Source: Bacillota bacterium (GTDB lineage: Bacteria; Bacillota; Clostridia; Lachnospirales; Lachnospiraceae). From it: a DNA stretch of 64,000 bases. Shown piece by piece: positions 52,463-63,049 of the stretch. How positions within the stretch are numbered: the first letter of the stretch is position 1; the number at the start of each line of letters is the position of its first letter. Position numbers and translations under genes: made by a program. The stretch lies in assembly GCA_023441965.1 (NCBI GenBank), contig JAEZNB010000078.1:3538-67537 (forward strand). The letters are read 5' to 3'. Under the pieces are notes generated by a model that was not told where the DNA came from, did no database searches, and saw only the letters and a list, made by a program, of their open reading frames with translations.

Positions 52463-53356
52463 ATGATGGCAAGAGATTATATGAAACCCAGAAGGCGGAT
52501 CTTCCGAGGGAAGCAGAAAAATCTGAACCGGTCTATGGCGGGCAATCTTACCCTGTTTATCTTTATGGGAGTCTGTGCGGCATTTATGGTACTGCCCCTG
52601 GTCATGATCGCAAATAATGCACTGAAGCCCCTGGATGAGGCCTTCCGCTATCCTCCGACGATCTTCGTAAGGAACCCGAGCCTGGATAACTTTTATGATT
52701 TGATTATCCTGATGTCAAATTCCTGGGTGCCCTTGTCAAGATACATATTCAATACCATTATCATCACCGGGGGCGGCACCCTGGGTCATGTCCTGCTTGC
52801 CTCTCTGGCGGCTTATCCGCTGGCAAAGCATGATTTTCCCGGGAAGAAGCTGCTATTCGGTGCGGTAATCCTGTCTCTGATGTTCTCCTGGCAGGTGACT
52901 CAGGTCCCCAACTATCTGATCATCTCCAAGCTGGGAATTAACAATACCTATCTGGCGGTCATGATGCCGGCCTTTGCCTATGGGTTGGGGCTCTATCTGA
53001 TGAAGCAGTTCATGGAGCAGATTCCTGATTCCCTGATCGAATCGGCTAGGCTGGATGGGGCAAGCGAATATAAGATCTTCCGGACCATCATCATGCCCAA
53101 TGTGAAGCCGGCCTGGCTGACCCTTGCCGTACTTCAGTTCCAGACCATGTGGGGCAATACGGGAAGTACCTTCCTGCGGGATGAGGAGCTGAAGCCCCTG
53201 CAATATGCCCTGAACCAGATCGTAAACGGTGGACCGGCCAGACAAGGGGCAGCCAATGTGGTTACCTTTATTATTGCCGCGGTACCGATTACCTTCTTCA
53301 TTATCTGTCAGAGCAGCATCATCGAAACCATGACAACCTCAGGAATGAAGGAATAA
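52463..53356 (+). CDS. Carbohydrate ABC permease (MalG-type)
   Basis: QIPDSLIESARLDGA. Confidence 0.92.
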   Translation: MMARDYMKPRRRIFRGKQKNLNRSMAGNLTLFIFMGVCAAFMVLPLVMIANNALKPLDEAFRYPPTIFVRNPSLDNFYDLIILMSNSWVPLSRYIFNTIIITGGGTLGHVLLASLAAYPLAKHDFPGKKLLFGAVILSLMFSWQVTQVPNYLIISKLGINNTYLAVMMPAFAYGLGLYLMKQFMEQIPDSLIESARLDGASEYKIFRTIIMPNVKPAWLTLAVLQFQTMWGNTGSTFLRDEELKPLQYALNQIVNGGPARQGAANVVTFIIAAVPITFFIICQSSIIETMTTSGMKE

Positions 53357-53430
53357 GAGAAAAGAACGATTGATTTGTTATACCAATGCATCACATAACC
53401 ATAAACAGCTATACTCGATGAGGTGAAGGG

Positions 53431-54906
53431 ATGAGACGCAGAAAACTGCTACTGATACCGTTAATTCTGATGATGCTGACCTTGGACTGCCGATATGCAT
53501 CGGCAAATTCCAATGTGCCTTATCAGACCTATAATTATGATTATTGGAGAGATATCTATTATACACCTGCCGCCTATATACCGGACGGTAATCTGTCCGG
53601 AGCCAAGCTGGGGGTAGGAGCCATGGTGGAGCCTCTGGATCTTTATGTGGCAGAGGATGGTAGGGTATATATCGCCGATACCGGTAACAACCGCATCATT
53701 ATCCTGGATTCCGAGATGAAGAATCCGAGACTGGTGGAGGGCTTTGATAATCAGGGAGCTGCCGATCATTTCAACAAGCCCAGCGGCGTCTATGTCACGC
53801 CGAAGAATGAGCTTTACATCGCGGATACGGCGAATAAACGTGTTGTGGCTCTAAAGGAGGACGGAAGTCTTCTGAAGATCATCAGCAATCCGAAATCAGA
53901 GGTTCTGGCCGATGATTTCGATTTCTCCCCACTGAAGGTGACTGTGGATTATGCAGACAGAGTCTATGTCATAGCCAAGGGAAAGATTCAAGGTATCCTG
54001 GCCTTTGATCCGGATGGGAATTTTACCGGCTTCGTAGGGACCATTAAGGTTAGCATCAGTGCCTACGAGAAATTCTGGAGAAGACTTTCCACCAAGGCAC
54101 AGAGAAAGCGTCAGCTACAGTTCATTCCGACGGAGTTCACAGGACTTGATATCGCACCGGACGGCTTCATCTATGCCACCAATGTGGACCCTGATGCACT
54201 TCAGTCCGTCCGCAGGTTAAATTCCAAAGGACAGGACGTAATCAAGAAGAATACCAATAACAGTGAAGGTAGGGGGATCTTAAGCGGAGACTTCTACTAC
54301 CGAAGCGGAGCTGAATATGCCGGACCCTCCAGAATCGTGGATGTGGTATACCGGGGAAACGGTATCTATTCCATACTGGATATGATCCGCGGTCGTATCT
54401 TTACCTATGATCATGAAGGAAACCTCCTCTATATCTTCGGAGGCATGGGCAGCCAGGAGGGAACCTTCAGACTGCCCGCTGCCATCGAGATGAAGGAGGA
54501 TAAGATACTGGTCTTAGATTCTCAACGTGCCGAGCTGGTCACCTTTGTCGCTACGGAATACGGCAAGCTGATCGATCGGGCGGTTGCCCTCCGTTATGAC
54601 GGGGATGAAGCAGCGGCAGTTGCTCTTTGGGAAAAGGTGCTGGAGCTGGATTCGAACTTTGAGTTGGCCTATGTCGGGATCGGTAAGGCTTATCTGGCGG
54701 CCGGTGAGAACAAAACAGCGATGAAGTACCTGAAGCTAGGTATGGAACGAAACTACTACTCCATTGCCTTTAAGCGTTACAGGGATGAGATATTAAAGGA
54801 TAATCTGGGATTTATCCTGACAGGCATAACACTTCTGGTGGTAGCAGCAATCGTAAACAGACTGGTCAGAAGAAGGAAGCAGAAAGGGGGCTATGAGGAT
54901 GAGTAA
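53431..54906 (+). CDS. NHL-repeat beta-propeller protein with TPR-like helices and C-terminal TM anchor
   Basis: YIADTGNNRII, YIADTANKRVV repeats; WEKVLELDSNFELAYVGIGKA; C-terminal hydrophobic helix and basic tail. Confidence 0.85.
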   Translation: MRRRKLLLIPLILMMLTLDCRYASANSNVPYQTYNYDYWRDIYYTPAAYIPDGNLSGAKLGVGAMVEPLDLYVAEDGRVYIADTGNNRIIILDSEMKNPRLVEGFDNQGAADHFNKPSGVYVTPKNELYIADTANKRVVALKEDGSLLKIISNPKSEVLADDFDFSPLKVTVDYADRVYVIAKGKIQGILAFDPDGNFTGFVGTIKVSISAYEKFWRRLSTKAQRKRQLQFIPTEFTGLDIAPDGFIYATNVDPDALQSVRRLNSKGQDVIKKNTNNSEGRGILSGDFYYRSGAEYAGPSRIVDVVYRGNGIYSILDMIRGRIFTYDHEGNLLYIFGGMGSQEGTFRLPAAIEMKEDKILVLDSQRAELVTFVATEYGKLIDRAVALRYDGDEAAAVALWEKVLELDSNFELAYVGIGKAYLAAGENKTAMKYLKLGMERNYYSIAFKRYRDEILKDNLGFILTGITLLVVAAIVNRLVRRRKQKGGYEDE

Positions 54907-55522
54907 GAAGGAGAAACTCTTATATCCATTCTATGTCATCACCCATCCCTTTGACGGCTTTTACCAGGTCAGACACAGGGGAAAGGGCAGTGTTCCGGTT
55001 GCCATGCTTTTGATTTTCCTCTTTGCCCTATCCTTCTCCTTGAATCGGAAGTATGCCAGCTTTGTGGTGAATACGGTCAATACGAGATATGTGGACAGCA
55101 GAACGGAAATCATCGGTATATTTTTTGCAGTCCTCCTGTTTTCCGTTGCCAACTGGTCCATCACCTGCCTGTTGGAGGGAGAGGGGAGATTTAAGGATAT
55201 TCTGACAGTCATGGGATACTCCATGCTGCCCATGGTCCTGACCTTCCTGCCGGTGACCATCCTGTCCTGGTTCATTGCAGCGGATGAGGAGGGAATCTAT
55301 TCCCTGCTGAAGGGTATCTCCATACTGCTGTTTGTGGTAATCCTGCTGATCGGAATTATGATCATACATAACTTCGGCTTTGGTAAAACACTCTTTACCC
55401 TGCTGCTGACCTTTGTTGCACTGCTGATTATACTTTTTATCATCATGCTGCTGTATTCACTGCTGAATCAGGTTTACCTGTTCTTTAAGAGTGCATACAC
55501 GGAGCTGGTGTTAAGGGCATAG
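54893..55522 (+). CDS. Yip1-family membrane protein
   Basis: THPFDGF, NWSITCLLEGEG, ~5 TM segments; typical position after the NHL gene. Confidence 0.78.
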   Translation: MRMSKKEKLLYPFYVITHPFDGFYQVRHRGKGSVPVAMLLIFLFALSFSLNRKYASFVVNTVNTRYVDSRTEIIGIFFAVLLFSVANWSITCLLEGEGRFKDILTVMGYSMLPMVLTFLPVTILSWFIAADEEGIYSLLKGISILLFVVILLIGIMIIHNFGFGKTLFTLLLTFVALLIILFIIMLLYSLLNQVYLFFKSAYTELVLRA

Positions 55523-55535
55523 GGAGGGATAGACC

Positions 55536-58115
55536 ATGAAGAGAAAATTCAAACTCCGTTATGCAGTCATCCCTGCCGTAATCCTTGGGGCGATCATCTA
55601 TGTCGCCTATCTTTTCATTCATTACTTTAACTATATGGAGTACCGCAAGTATCTGACGGACTACAGCTATGAGGAGGGTAGGGAATTTACCGCCCTTGAG
55701 GATACAGACCCTAAGGTGAAGGGTATGGTACTGGCGGCAGAGAGCGACTATCTGAAGCTATATACGAATCTGAAGACGACTGAGGTTGCAGTTTATGATA
55801 AGAGGTCCGGTGAAATCACCTATTCAAATCCTGTAGACAGGGGCTCTGACGGCATAGCTACCGGAAGAAATAAGATTGCACTGAACTCCCAATTCATGCT
55901 GACCTATTATGACCTAAGCATGACGATGGTCAATATGTATAATTATGATTACAGTGTGGAAAGAGGGCAATATACCCTGGAAGCACTGGAACAGGGAATC
56001 CGCTACACCTATCTGCTGGGTAACCTGGACAGTCCTACCGGACTGGTGCCTCCCATTATTACAGAGGAGAGGCTGCAGGAGAAAATCTTAAGCAAGCTGT
56101 CTGAGAAGGATGCCAAAACCATTCGTAAGAATTATATGGAATCAAAAAATGTGGAGGGCTTCCTGGAGCTGACCGATGGCGCCAAGGCATATACGATCGG
56201 TTTACAGAAGTGGAATGAGCTGGTGAAAAAGGCCGGTTATACCCAGGCTGATTTTGATGAGGATGCAGCGGCTGCGGCCGGAGGCAGCATGCCGGAGCGT
56301 ACGACCTTTACCATACCCCTGGAATACCGTCTGGAGGGAGAGACCCTGACAGTATCGATTCCGACTGAGAAGATTCAGGAGACCGGCAGCGGCCGGCTCG
56401 CCAATATCGACCTCTTAAGCTATTTCGGTGCGGGCGGAATGCAGGAAGAGGGCTATCTTCTGGTGCCAAATGGGACCGGTTCCCTGATTTACTTTAATAA
56501 TGGCAAAAAGAACGATAAATATAATCAATATGTCTATGGCATGGATGAGACCACCCAGTCCGCTACGGTAGTAGAGGAGACCGAAAAGGTTAGAATTCCG
56601 GTCTTCGGAATCAAGCGTGACAAGAGCGCGGTATTTGCCGAGATCAGAATTGGGGACACCCTTGCCAATATTATGGCAGCCGTATCCGGAGGTGTAAACA
56701 GTTATAACTTTGTTTATCCTTCCTTTGTCTTAAGAGGCACAGAGAAGGTATCCATGTTTGGAGCGGAAGGAGAGGCGGCAGACCTGCCGGTTCTGGAAAA
56801 GGATATCTACAAGCTGAATCTGACTGTGGATTATTCCTTCTTAGCCAGCGAGGAAGCAAGCTACTCCGGTATGGCGAACTTCTACCGGCAGAGGCTGATG
56901 GACAGAGGAGTCTTATCCCTTCAGGAAGAGGAGGCTTCCATTCCCTTCTATCTGGATCTGGTTGGTGGAGTAAAACTGGAGGAAAGTGTTCTCGGTGTAT
57001 CCTACCTGGATGTGTATCCGATGACAAGCTTCGAGGAGGCTGAAATCATTCTCAATGCCTTCCGGGATCAGGGGATCGCAAATCTTAGGGTAAATTACCT
57101 TGGTTGGTTCAACGGGGGCTATTACCACGAAACCTTCCATAAGCTAAAGGTAGATAAGGAGCTTGGGGGCAAGAGGAAGCTGGAACGCCTGAACAAGACC
57201 TTAGAGGAGGCAGGCATCCGCCTGTATGGTGATGTAGGAATCCAGAGGGTGTCCTTCGAAGCAGAGAATCACTACAACTGGAAGATGGAAAATTCCAGAT
57301 ATTATAACGGTTATGCAGTGGCCTTCGGTAAGGTGAACCCGGCCTATTTGAGAGTCGGCCCCATGGGATATTTTGAGACCATGTATAACGTTCTGTCACC
57401 GAAGTTCCTCGTCCGCCATGTGGAGCAGTTCTTAAAGGAGATTAAGAAGGTCGATATCACCGGAATCTCCTTAAGAGATATGGGAGATATGGTGGCTTCG
57501 GATAAGAGAAGATCCAATGTAATCAACAGGGAACAGGCCAAACAGGTCATCATCAGCCAGCTGGAGAAGATTGATGGCGCAAGGGATCATCTGATGATCA
57601 ACGGTGGAAATGCTTATTCCTGGGCCTATGCCGAGGATCTGGAGAATGTTCCTGCCAGCCACAATCCCTTCTATGTCGTGGATGAAGAGGTACCCTTCTA
57701 CCAGATGGTCATCCATGGCTGTATAGATTACAGTTCCGTGGCAATCAACCTAAGTGACAGCTACGATAAACAGGATATCATCCTAAGGAGCATTGAGTTC
57801 GGTATGTCTCCCCACTTTACCTTATCCTATGAGAATTCCAGTAAAATCAAATACTCCGGCATGAATCACCTGTATTCTACCCAGTATGAAATTTGGCTGA
57901 AGGATGCGGCCGAGATCTATCGCAAGACCAATGAAGCCTTACAGGCGGTGACCGGCAGCACCATTACGGACCATAGCAGGATACAGGACGGAGTAAAGAG
58001 AATCACCTATGGGAATGGAACCGTCCTCTATGTGAATTATACAAAAACAGACGTAGAGATCTCCGGTACGAAGGTTCCCGCCAGGGGCTATACGCTGAAG
58101 GGGGTAGAGGAATGA
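55536..58115 (+). CDS. DUF5696-family membrane-anchored extracellular protein
   Basis: N-terminal TM; YFGAG..EEGYLLVPNGTGSLI, IPVFG, YSGMA, YLGWFNGG, VPFYQMVIHG. Confidence 0.75.
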   Translation: MKRKFKLRYAVIPAVILGAIIYVAYLFIHYFNYMEYRKYLTDYSYEEGREFTALEDTDPKVKGMVLAAESDYLKLYTNLKTTEVAVYDKRSGEITYSNPVDRGSDGIATGRNKIALNSQFMLTYYDLSMTMVNMYNYDYSVERGQYTLEALEQGIRYTYLLGNLDSPTGLVPPIITEERLQEKILSKLSEKDAKTIRKNYMESKNVEGFLELTDGAKAYTIGLQKWNELVKKAGYTQADFDEDAAAAAGGSMPERTTFTIPLEYRLEGETLTVSIPTEKIQETGSGRLANIDLLSYFGAGGMQEEGYLLVPNGTGSLIYFNNGKKNDKYNQYVYGMDETTQSATVVEETEKVRIPVFGIKRDKSAVFAEIRIGDTLANIMAAVSGGVNSYNFVYPSFVLRGTEKVSMFGAEGEAADLPVLEKDIYKLNLTVDYSFLASEEASYSGMANFYRQRLMDRGVLSLQEEEASIPFYLDLVGGVKLEESVLGVSYLDVYPMTSFEEAEIILNAFRDQGIANLRVNYLGWFNGGYYHETFHKLKVDKELGGKRKLERLNKTLEEAGIRLYGDVGIQRVSFEAENHYNWKMENSRYYNGYAVAFGKVNPAYLRVGPMGYFETMYNVLSPKFLVRHVEQFLKEIKKVDITGISLRDMGDMVASDKRRSNVINREQAKQVIISQLEKIDGARDHLMINGGNAYSWAYAEDLENVPASHNPFYVVDEEVPFYQMVIHGCIDYSSVAINLSDSYDKQDIILRSIEFGMSPHFTLSYENSSKIKYSGMNHLYSTQYEIWLKDAAEIYRKTNEALQAVTGSTITDHSRIQDGVKRITYGNGTVLYVNYTKTDVEISGTKVPARGYTLKGVEE

Positions 58116-59017
58116 AGAAGAGCAGAATGACATTACGGCAGAAGAGGGCTGTCATCGGATTATTGTTCATTTCCCCTTGGATGATCGGGTTTTTCGTATA
58201 CTATCTGCGCAGTCTGGTTTTGACGACGCAATTTTCCTTAAGCAAGATATCCATTGCGGAAACCGGTGGTTACATAGCGGATTTCATCGGTTTAGATAAC
58301 TATATCTATGCTTTTACCAAGCATGGAACCTTCAATCAGGTACTGGTGAATTCCCTGCAGGAAATTCTCATTGATGTCCCCTTTATCATTTTTTTCAGCC
58401 TGTTCATAGCGATACTGCTGAATACCAAGTTTAAAGGACGGGCACTGATCCGTGCAATTTTTTTCCTTCCCATTATACTTGGCTCCGGTGCCGTCCTGGA
58501 ATCCTTACAGCTTGCTACTGAGAATGTCCAGGGCGGTGGAGGGGCGATGCTGGTGGAATTTGCCCAGCCTTCCGGAGTAAATATAGATTATTTCATGGAT
58601 CTCTTAGGACAGTTGGGACTGCCGGACCGGGCCGCAGGCTACATCGTCGGACTGGTCGGAAGAATATTTGATATCGTAAGAGCATCCAGTGTTCAGATCA
58701 TCATCTTTATTGCAGCCCTCCAATCCGTTTCCCCTTCTCTGTATGAGGTATCAAAGATCGAGGGAGCGACGGGCTATGAGACCTTCTGGAAGGTCACCTT
58801 CCCCATGGTTTCACCGCTGATCCTGACCAACGTGGTATATACCATTGTGGATTCCTTCGTCAACAGTCGGGTGGTGGATATGGCATATTCCGCAGCCTTT
58901 ACCAATTATGATTATGGCCTAAGCTCTGCCATGAGTATGATCAGTACTCTGCTGGTATGTACCATATTACTGGTGGTCGGGGCTTTGATTACCAGAAAAA
59001 CCTTTTACTACAATTAG
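58112..59017 (+). CDS. Carbohydrate ABC permease (MalF-type)
   Basis: FIGLDNY, LYEVSKIEGATGYETFWKVTFP. Confidence 0.9.
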   Translation: MKKSRMTLRQKRAVIGLLFISPWMIGFFVYYLRSLVLTTQFSLSKISIAETGGYIADFIGLDNYIYAFTKHGTFNQVLVNSLQEILIDVPFIIFFSLFIAILLNTKFKGRALIRAIFFLPIILGSGAVLESLQLATENVQGGGGAMLVEFAQPSGVNIDYFMDLLGQLGLPDRAAGYIVGLVGRIFDIVRASSVQIIIFIAALQSVSPSLYEVSKIEGATGYETFWKVTFPMVSPLILTNVVYTIVDSFVNSRVVDMAYSAAFTNYDYGLSSAMSMISTLLVCTILLVVGALITRKTFYYN

Positions 59018-59033
59018 GAAGGAGGAAGCTACC

Positions 59034-60023
59034 TTGAAGCTGAAAGAGATCGGTTTACAGATCAGGAAGAGGAACAGTGATACCGTATTTCTCAATAAAA
59101 GAGCAAGAGCGGTCCATAAATCTAAGGCCTTCCTCTTATCGGTATTTAAGTTTATGATACTGTTGGGGATTTCCTACATTATCCTGGGACCTGTGATCAA
59201 CATCATCAGTAACTCCTTTTATTCAGCCTCGGATGTGTATAACCCTTCCGTGTTCCTCTTTCCATTAAAGCCGAATACGGATAATTATCGTCTGTCCTTC
59301 CTTCGTCTGGATTATTTTAAAACCCTGGGCTGGACTTTGTTTTATGTGGCTACAATCACTTTGATACAGATATTTATCGCCTCCATGTGCGGTTATGGCT
59401 TTGCAAGATTTGACTTCCCCTTTAAGAAGCTGCTGTTTGCCTTTGTCATCGTAACGATTGTTTTACCCGCCCATACCATCATGCTGCCGGTTTATCAGCA
59501 TTTCAGAAATTGGGATATCTTTGGCATCCTCCGGCTGATCAGAGGCAAACCCCTGAATCTTCTGTCAACGGAGCTGCCGATGTACCTGATGACCCTCTTT
59601 GGTACGGGTTTACGTTCCGGGCTCTTTATCTATATCTTCCGGCAGTTTTTCAGAGGACTGCCCAAGGAAATTGAAGAAGCTGCCTTTATCGACGGCGCCG
59701 GAATGTTCTATACCTATTTCAGGATTATGCTAGTCAATGCGATTCCGGCTGTCCTGACTGTGGCTGTGTTCTCCATGGTATGGCAGTATAATGACATGTT
59801 TTATGTCAGCCTCTTCTCCATGCCCTCGGGGCACAATATTTCCTTCCGCCTGTCCACGATACAGGCTACCATCCGCTTCGTTGACAAGATCAGAGACCCG
59901 ATGATTACACAGCTCTATGTTTATGCAGGAGTGATTCTGGTAATATTGCCGATATTGATTATCTATCTGATCCTACAGAAGTATTTTATGGAGGGCGTGG
60001 AACGCAGCGGTATCGTAGGCTGA
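59034..60023 (+). CDS. Carbohydrate ABC permease (MalG-type)
   Basis: GLPKEIEEAAFIDGAG, EGVERSGIVG; TTG start after GGAGG. Confidence 0.9.
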   Translation: MKLKEIGLQIRKRNSDTVFLNKRARAVHKSKAFLLSVFKFMILLGISYIILGPVINIISNSFYSASDVYNPSVFLFPLKPNTDNYRLSFLRLDYFKTLGWTLFYVATITLIQIFIASMCGYGFARFDFPFKKLLFAFVIVTIVLPAHTIMLPVYQHFRNWDIFGILRLIRGKPLNLLSTELPMYLMTLFGTGLRSGLFIYIFRQFFRGLPKEIEEAAFIDGAGMFYTYFRIMLVNAIPAVLTVAVFSMVWQYNDMFYVSLFSMPSGHNISFRLSTIQATIRFVDKIRDPMITQLYVYAGVILVILPILIIYLILQKYFMEGVERSGIVG

Positions 60024-60084
60024 TACCAATGGTCAACCCTTTTAAAATAGAGCTTAATAAATATTAAATAGGAGGAGGACTCGA

Positions 60085-61566
60085 ATGAAAAAGACGAGCA
60101 AAAAAATGATTGCACTGTTACTGTGCATATCCATGCTGCTGCTTTCCTTAACTGCATGCGGTGGAAATGATTCCAAAGATACAGGGAACAAAGCAGAGGC
60201 TACACCTACCACAGCCCCGGCAGCTGATCAGAAGAATGAGACGGCTGACGCTACAGCTACTCCCGAACCGGAAGAAGTGGATCCTTATCCGGCCTTTGAC
60301 TTTGGCGGAAGAACCATTAAGGTTGGTATCTGGTGGGATTACTACTATACCAGTGACCATGATGATGTAATGGATGATGCCAGCGTCATTGATACGGAAA
60401 CAGCGCAGATGAAACTGGACAATATCAGAAGGATAGAGGAGAAATACAACTGCAAAATACAGTTTGTCAACTTTGGTTGGGACGGAACCATATCCAGTCT
60501 CAATACCTCTGTTACTGCCGGAACCCCCGAATGTGATATCTATCTGACAGATCTTCAGTTCGGTATTCCTGCGGTTCAGAATGGTCTGGCTCAGGATCTG
60601 AAAGCAATTGCTCCCGAATATACCGATCTTTTCGCAGAGCAGAAGGTGATTAAGCCTCTGGAAGGCCTAGGTGGAACCTATTTCTTCACAGAGCAGGGTG
60701 TTACACAGCACGGTATCTTCTTAGGCTATAATGCAACCATGCTGAATGATTTGGGGCTGGAGGATCCTCAGCAGCTCTATCAGAATGGTAAATGGACTTG
60801 GGATAAGTTTGCAGAGCTTGCCAAGGCAGGAACCAGGGATACGGATGCCGACGGTACCACTGACATTTACGGTTACGGCGGAAGCTTTATTGACCTGATC
60901 AACGGTATGGTTATGAATAACGGAGGAGAGATTGCGGCAACCACCACAGAAGGCATCAGTAAGCCCCAGACAGTGGAAGCCTTCGAGTTTATTGACCGTC
61001 TGTATAATAAGGATATGTCCGCCAGACCTTGGAACGGGGACGACTGGGATGATAATCTCCTTGCTTGGTCCGATGGTAAGGTTATGTTCTGGACTGCCCA
61101 GGCCTGGTCTCTGGACCAGCAGAAGAAGGCAGCAATTGCAGAGGGAGCGGAATTACCCTTTGAATATCATGTGGTTCCTTATCCGACAGGACCCAGTGGT
61201 GATGCTTCCAAGATGTATAGTCCGGTTGCAGGTAACTGGTATATCATTCCTGTAGGTGTGCAAGAGCCCGGTAAGGTATTGCAGATTTTCGAAGAATTCC
61301 TGAACTGGCACAAGGGTGATCCGGAGCTTCGTGATGATATGACAGCCTTCGAAGCATGCTTCAACTCTTTGGAGGATGTGGATATCGCATATAAGTCCGG
61401 TCTGAATATGAAGCTGGATATTTGGAACAGCTTAGGTGACTACTTCAGATTAAGTGACATGATCTTCTGGCCGGTAGTAGTAAGAAAGGATACCACCGTT
61501 GCACAGGCAATCGAATCCGCGAAACCGGTGCTCCAGGAGGCATTGAATTATTTCTATGAGAAGTAA
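60085..61566 (+). CDS. Carbohydrate ABC solute-binding lipoprotein
   Basis: Lipobox LTAC, Thr/Pro/Ala linker, DFGGRTI, GKWTWDKF, PYPTGP. Confidence 0.88.
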   Translation: MKKTSKKMIALLLCISMLLLSLTACGGNDSKDTGNKAEATPTTAPAADQKNETADATATPEPEEVDPYPAFDFGGRTIKVGIWWDYYYTSDHDDVMDDASVIDTETAQMKLDNIRRIEEKYNCKIQFVNFGWDGTISSLNTSVTAGTPECDIYLTDLQFGIPAVQNGLAQDLKAIAPEYTDLFAEQKVIKPLEGLGGTYFFTEQGVTQHGIFLGYNATMLNDLGLEDPQQLYQNGKWTWDKFAELAKAGTRDTDADGTTDIYGYGGSFIDLINGMVMNNGGEIAATTTEGISKPQTVEAFEFIDRLYNKDMSARPWNGDDWDDNLLAWSDGKVMFWTAQAWSLDQQKKAAIAEGAELPFEYHVVPYPTGPSGDASKMYSPVAGNWYIIPVGVQEPGKVLQIFEEFLNWHKGDPELRDDMTAFEACFNSLEDVDIAYKSGLNMKLDIWNSLGDYFRLSDMIFWPVVVRKDTTVAQAIESAKPVLQEALNYFYEK

Positions 61567-61610
61567 GGGATTGAGCCGGACCTTCCCGTAAGAATAGTAT
61601 GAATGAATTG

Positions 61611-61677
61611 AGGGCTGCAGTGCCGGATCTGATCGGAGCTTCGTCTCGCCATACCCTGGCACTGCAGTCCTTTCTTC
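61611..61677 (+). terminator. Hairpin after the second SBP
   Basis: AGGGCTGCAGTGCCGG...CTGGCACTGCAGTCCT then TTCTT. Confidence 0.6.
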
Positions 61678-62001
61678 GTAATATAAGTAAATCAGCTGTC
61701 TTAAACTTTCGTTCAGGTTTCTTGGCTATAGAAATATCATGTATTTGTTCGTTCACAACAACATGGAATAAAATAAAGTGTAAACTGAAAGTTAAATCCA
61801 GATTTTATTAATATGAATGCTCCTCCTTCCGATCATCCGGCGATGCGTAGGCTAGGGTAATCGCTTTATTTCCCCGGCAGCTTACAGCCTGTGAGCAAGC
61901 CTGACAGACCGGAGGGAGTTAGATAGAGAAGGAGTATCCTAATATCCTATTAGGACTATCATAAGAAAGGTTTTATTAAAATAACATAAAGGAGAATTAG
62001 C

Positions 62002-63024
62002 ATGAGCAAAGTTACGATGTTCACCGATAATCTACCCAATATACCTTGGCAGGAGAAGCCTGCCAACCAATTTGGTCCAGTCTGGAGGTATACGGAGAAT
62101 CCCATCATAGACCGCAATCCAATTCCGGGAGTAGCCAGAATCTTCAACAGTGCGGTTGTTCCCTACCAGGGAGAGTTTATCGGAGTGTTCCGGGCAGAGC
62201 AGACAGACGGCGTTCCCCATCTGTACCTTGGCTATAGTAAGGATGGAATTCATTGGACCTTTGAACCGGATCGAATCCCCTTTGTAAATGAAAAGGGAGA
62301 ACCTTTTCTGCCGCGTTATGAGTATGACCCACGGCTGATCAAGGTTGAGGATACCTATTATATCATCTGGTGTACCGATTTTTACGGAGCCGCCTTAGGA
62401 CTGGCGAAGACAAAGGATTTTAAGACCTTCGTCAGGCTGGAGAATCCTTTCCTGCCCTTTAACAGGAATGGAGTACTCTTCCCCAAGAAAATCAATAGCA
62501 ATTTCCTTATGCTGTCCAGGCCCAGTGACAGCGGTCATACCCCCTTCGGCGATGTATTCTTAAGTGAGAGTCCTGATTTGGTCTACTGGGGCAAGCACAG
62601 GCATGTAATGGCAAGAGGCTTTAAGCAGTGGTGGCAGTCCCTGAAGATCGGCGGAGGCGCAGCACCCATCGAAACCAGTGAGGGCTGGCTTCTGTTCTAT
62701 CATGGAGTTACCGGAACCTGTAACGGATATGTATATAGTATGGGAGCCTGCATCCTGGATTCGGAGCAGCCCTCCATCGTTAAATACAGAGCTGAAAGCT
62801 TCATTCTGACTCCGGAGCAGTGGTATGAGGAAAGGGGCTTTGTAGCGAATGTGGTCTTCCCCTGTGCGACGCTCAATGACGCGGCTACAGGAAGAATCGC
62901 TATTTATTATGGAGCAGCTGACTCCTATGTTGGCTTGGCCTTCACGACTCTGGAGGAGATTGTGGATTTTGTGAAGCGTCATGATAAGGCCAATGAGGAT
63001 GATAAGGATTACGGTATCATGTAA
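62002..63024 (+). CDS. GH130 beta-1,4-mannooligosaccharide phosphorylase (GH130_2)
   Basis: RIFNSAVVP, YDPRL, LPFNRNGVLFP, RPSDSGHTPFG. Confidence 0.9.
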   Translation: MSKVTMFTDNLPNIPWQEKPANQFGPVWRYTENPIIDRNPIPGVARIFNSAVVPYQGEFIGVFRAEQTDGVPHLYLGYSKDGIHWTFEPDRIPFVNEKGEPFLPRYEYDPRLIKVEDTYYIIWCTDFYGAALGLAKTKDFKTFVRLENPFLPFNRNGVLFPKKINSNFLMLSRPSDSGHTPFGDVFLSESPDLVYWGKHRHVMARGFKQWWQSLKIGGGAAPIETSEGWLLFYHGVTGTCNGYVYSMGACILDSEQPSIVKYRAESFILTPEQWYEERGFVANVVFPCATLNDAATGRIAIYYGAADSYVGLAFTTLEEIVDFVKRHDKANEDDKDYGIM

Positions 63025-63049
63025 CAAAAGGTCGGCAGGAGGGATCAGG

